DNA of 64,000 bases, from NCBI GenBank assembly GCA_037146835.1, contig JBAWWI010000002.1, positions 4,302-68,301 on the forward strand, read 5' to 3'. This DNA comes from Actinomycetes bacterium (GTDB lineage: Bacteria; Actinomycetota; Acidimicrobiia; IMCC26256). Made by a program: the position numbers and the translations under genes. This document shows positions 63,398-64,000 of this stretch, one piece after another. Position 1 is the first letter of the stretch. Each line of letters begins with the position of its first letter. The notes beneath the pieces were generated by a model, which worked only from the letters and a program-made list of their open reading frames with translations, made no database searches and had not been told where the DNA came from.

Positions 63398-64000
63398 TTA
63401 CTCAGCAGCGGGAGCGCTCTCTTCTGGCGTCTCTTCTGGAGCCGCTTCTGGTGTCGCCTCTGGTTCTGCCGCTGAGGGCTCCTCGGCTACTGCCTCTGCT
63501 GATTCTGGGGCTGCTGTTTCTGTAGTTTCTGGGGCAGCCTCGACCTCGACAGCCTCTGGGCTGGTTTCTTCTGGGGCCGAAGCCTCCGCTGGCGCCTCCT
63601 CGGGGAGTGCCTCTCCGTTCGCGACACGCTGCTCGATGAGGGCCTTGACTCCATAAGCAAGGTTTCGTGGAATCGCCTGGAATAGACCAGCTGCCTTGAC
63701 AAGCGGGCCTTGGAAGGCGCCTGCGATACGGGCAAGGAGCTCCTCGCGAGGAGCGACCTCAGCGAGTTCTGATACCTCTGCGGCCGAGATGAATCTGGAG
63801 CCGAGCATTCCGCCCTTGACTACAAATGCCTCTGCGGTCTTAGCAAAGTCACGAAGCGCCTTGGCGGCGAGAACCGCATCACCCTTGATGAAGGCTATTG
63901 CTGTTGGGCCCTGGAGCATGGGGACTAGGTCCTCGACGCCTGCCTCACTTGCGGCACGGCGAGCAAGGGTGTTCTTGTAAATCTTGAGGTCTGTACCCGC
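63398..64000 (-). CDS. rplJ: 50S ribosomal protein L10, 5' end outside the window, with Pro/Glu/Ala-rich tail
   Basis: KIYKNTLARRA, GPTAIAF, VKGG; frame open to the window edge. Confidence 0.96.
   Translation of the reverse strand, partial: AGTDLKIYKNTLARRAASEAGVEDLVPMLQGPTAIAFIKGDAVLAAKALRDFAKTAEAFVVKGGMLGSRFISAAEVSELAEVAPREELLARIAGAFQGPLVKAAGLFQAIPRNLAYGVKALIEQRVANGEALPEEAPAEASAPEETSPEAVEVEAAPETTETAAPESAEAVAEEPSAAEPEATPEAAPEETPEESAPAAE

Overview
High-GC Actinomycetota DNA, most likely class Acidimicrobiia (inferred from the actinobacterial coiled-coil insertion in RpoC and the r-protein tail styles; not checked by search). The window has two parts. (1) About 1-37.4 kb: a surface-polysaccharide locus that runs off the left edge, with about 35 genes in 11 alternating-strand blocks. 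It encodes a Wzc-type tyrosine autokinase, a probable Wzy-like polymerase, a Wzm/Wzt ABC exporter with a C-terminal carbohydrate-binding domain, about 10 GT-A/GT-B glycosyltransferases, 2 paralogous GT-C enzymes, 5 sulfotransferase-fold proteins, 2 SAM methyltransferases, 2 GNATs, an O-acetyltransferase, a deacetylase, a WecA-like initiator, a PglF-like dehydratase, a DegT aminotransferase and an epimerase. (2) About 37.4-64 kb, all on the minus strand: rplJ(partial)-rplL, rpoBC, the str operon, and the S10 and spc operons ending secY-adk-map; the usual infA-rpmJ-alpha operon does not follow. The best candidate for an undescribed system is the tightly coupled operon wzc - PqqD/RRE - nucleotidyltransferase - Wzy-like - HprK-like kinase - RRE/pseudokinase fusion (1514-8404). 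It is a lasso-peptide-style tailoring kit with no precursor, peptidase or cyclase in the window, wired into capsule export next to a heavily sulfated/methylated glycan pathway. Other oddities: a His-Asp tail on L22, a 118-aa acidic tail on RpoC, a tuf gene with aberrant T/G-ending codons, and a seven-hairpin spacer between rpsJ and rplC. I saw no rRNA, tRNA, IS or CRISPR. All assignments come from reading motifs by eye; no database searches were run.
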